From Podarcis erhardii (Eukaryota): 64,000 nucleotides of DNA. The stretch is from assembly GCA_964252035.1 (NCBI GenBank), contig OZ176202.1; one strand, written 5' to 3'. The notes beneath the pieces were generated by a model. That model did not search any database, was not told the DNA's origin, and saw only the letters and a program-made list of their open reading frames with translations. Shown one piece after another: positions 61,642-64,000 of the stretch; the stretch's first letter is position 1, and each line of letters starts with the position of its first letter. The position numbers were made by a program, and so were the translations under genes.

Positions 61642-62367
61642 CTAGGAAAAACATGAAGAGTCATTATAAAATGTTAAAAGCTGCTGATTCTAACAGCACA
61701 TGCGTGAGGCCTGTTTTTAATGAGAAAATTTTCCTTTTATGAAAAAGTCACTTTAGCAATAAAAAGGTGGCTCAATGCATGACTGATCTCATGCTGTCAG
61801 CTCCTGAAGAGATCACAAATAGCCTACGACAGTCTCTCTAGGAGGCCCTCCAGCATCTTTCCAGAGGCTGCTTAAAGATCCACGAGCCCCACAATAAGCC
61901 CAGGGCAGGGAGCATGTGCCACTAGCCCCTGAAGAGACCACCAGAGGTCTAAAAGAATTCATTATTTTAGCTTTTAATTTTGCTTGTTCTAATATCTTAA
62001 ATTTCAAAGTTCCTGCTGTGCATTGGCCAAAAACTGGGTTATAAATGTAGCAAAAAAGAGATAAACGTACTTGGCATTCTGAAAAACTCTCTCTGTGTGA
62101 TATAAAAGCAGTCTGGTACTGTGAATCACCCAGGCCTTTATACCAGGTCCAGCACAGTCAGTGATCGGGGATTATGGGAGCTGTAGTCCAAAATGTTGGA
62201 AAGGCACCTGATTGGGGAAGGCTGTTTAGACCTACTTTAGCTGCCACAGTTAAAACAACACCTTATGCATACCAATAGCACCACTGCCAGAGTCAAGACA
62301 GCCTCTCTCTTGCTTCCGCCAGCTTCTTGCTGCTGCAATTTCCCAGTGAATCTCAGGACAAACTTAC

Positions 62368-62557
62368 TACAATCTTTTAAATTCTCCAGAAGAGCTCTCT
62401 CTCTCAGGGAGCCTTTCTTCATTACATTGAGGAGAAGGAGGACTGGAATAATTTGGGATTATTTGCCGGCCAGGATGGATGGCTCTTACACAAGGGCCGG
62501 GAACAGGAAGCCGTGGTTGAGGTGGATGTGCGAAGTGTTGGTAGCGTGTTTGCCCAT
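62368..62557 (-). CDS. TRAF3IP2: TRAF3IP2 internal exon (190 nt), GQTRYQHFAHPPQPRLPVPGPCVRAIHPGRQIIPNYSSPPSPQCNEERLPERESSSGEFKRL; most 5' exon in the window
   Basis: Not in the ORF track; strong acceptor TTTTCCTTTTCTACTCTTAG, donor TA|GTAAGT; phase fits the next exon (TA+T=Tyr); aligns loosely to recalled human [30 protein letters not shown]. Confidence 0.82.
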
Positions 62558-64000
62558 CTAAGAGTAGAAAAGGAAAATTTGAGCCACTGCATAGTTAAGT
62601 CACCTTTGAACAACAGAATTTAACAAAACAGCTAATGAATATGATCAAACTACAAGTTTAGCACATTGCACCAACTAGAATCGATAGGCTTAAGCATGAA
62701 ATTGTGTACTAGAAAATGGTCTCTGTCACTTTAAGCAGAACTTCCAATTTGCTGAAGGTGATGCCCGCGATGTAGTGGCAGGCCGTAAAGTTCGCTTCAC
62801 TAGTTGAGTGATGGGAATAGGTTCACAGTATACCTAATGGGAATGATCCACTTTTTTACTTCCAGAAAAGGTTAGCAGTATGTTGCCTCACTCTGGAAGA
62901 TATGGCAGATTTGGAATTGAGAATCTTGACAATTAAGAAAATTGCCAGTGTTGTGAACAGACTAAAATGGTGTGAAATAAAATTATGAGCATCAATACTG
63001 GAGGGTTGTTTTTGTTTACGTTCACAGTGCAATCAGGTTTCTCTCCTTGAAAACCTTGTGCACAATTCAGCCAAAGTCAAGCATTTCTACTAGGGATTTA
63101 AGTAAGTGCTTCACTGTCCCACTGAAATCAATAGTCTTAAAATTGGTTAGTTGTAGATAGATTGTGTTTTGTATTTTTCATGGTTTTCTTACGGTTTTAG
63201 ATTTTAAGAAAACACCTGGCCAAATTAAGCACTCTTTCAGCAAACTAATGAATAGGATAGAGGAACAGGGCAACCCTTTGCATACTGACAGCAAAGGAAG
63301 CACTTGATTTTTTGACTGATTACTATAATCCAGTCTGATTATGAGTTATAGAAAAGTGGGAAACAAATGTTGGAAATAAACGAATAAATAAATGAGGCTT
63401 ACTTGTAGATCAGTGTGGGGAGGATTACGGCCTTAGACGCCATGTTAACTCATTGAAATGAACAAAGTGTGATCATAAACTCAAAAAGCTACAAGACTCG
63501 TGACAGAAATGCAAGAACTAGGAATGCTCCAGCTCCAGCAATTTATCTTGCCCTTCCTTCCATGGGAATATGAGCTGGTTTCACCTCCAGCAATCACATA
63601 CCTGTGATTTGAATACTAGGAACTCCCTTGCAAAAGTAACATTCATTTCAGAAGGCATTATCATTGAGAGAATGCAGCTGAAATGCAGTGCTGAGTCTAT
63701 TATGAATATAAGAGAGCAGATGCCCTGGCTAGATGGCTGCCTGGGAGCACAGCACACTAGATTGTTTCTGTCTAGAAGGTGCACATTAGAACACATTAAG
63801 TACAAAACCCTATTGTGAGCGATGATTGCCCAGTAATCATTGGAAATGTGAAAAGCTGTCAGGAAGCCATTTTATGCCTCGTAGAAGATAGGAAGTTAGT
63901 AAGCAAAATACTGCCTCCAGCTCTGAACAAGTATGTTGGTTTGGGGTTTTTGTGGGGTGGGGGGAGGCTCTTGCAATATGGCTCAAATTACATAATGGCT

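Noticed and set aside
62558-64000. Large N-terminal TRAF3IP2 exon (TRAF6-binding/U-box region)
   Set aside because: No suitable open frame or homology; it lies beyond the right edge.

Overview
Vertebrate genomic DNA, from a squamate reptile and probably a lacertid lizard (taxon inferred from the repeat repertoire, not proven). Two minus-strand protein-coding genes lie in tandem, in the same order as in human. (1) REV3L, the DNA polymerase zeta catalytic subunit: coding exons 1-18 (ATG at 38510; 7148 coding nt, about 2382 codons; all introns GT-AG with consistent phases, including the 4138-nt exon 13). The catalytic 3' exons lie beyond the left edge. (2) TRAF3IP2 (ACT1/CIKS): the last seven coding exons, including the SEFIR domain and the stop at 52523. 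Its 5' part lies beyond the right edge. A CpG island of about 1.8 kb (37.8-39.7 kb) covers the REV3L start and appears bidirectional. Introns and intergenic DNA contain many non-autonomous Tc1/mariner, Tc2/pogo-like and hAT MITEs, CR1/L2/Penelope fragments, SINEs and two solo-LTR-like elements; no autonomous transposase or RT ORF was seen. Best leads: a 130-nt stop-containing candidate poison exon in REV3L intron 18 whose 5' splice site lies in the loop of a long RNA stem; an overlapping uORF across the REV3L start codon; a divergent spliced transcript from the REV3L promoter; inverted MITE copies flanking REV3L exons 6-10; and an LTR-like insert flanked by a 76-bp direct duplication. Exon coordinates were read base by base; repeat boundaries are approximate unless TIR/TSD are quoted. 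Comparisons with human proteins are from memory, not from a database search.
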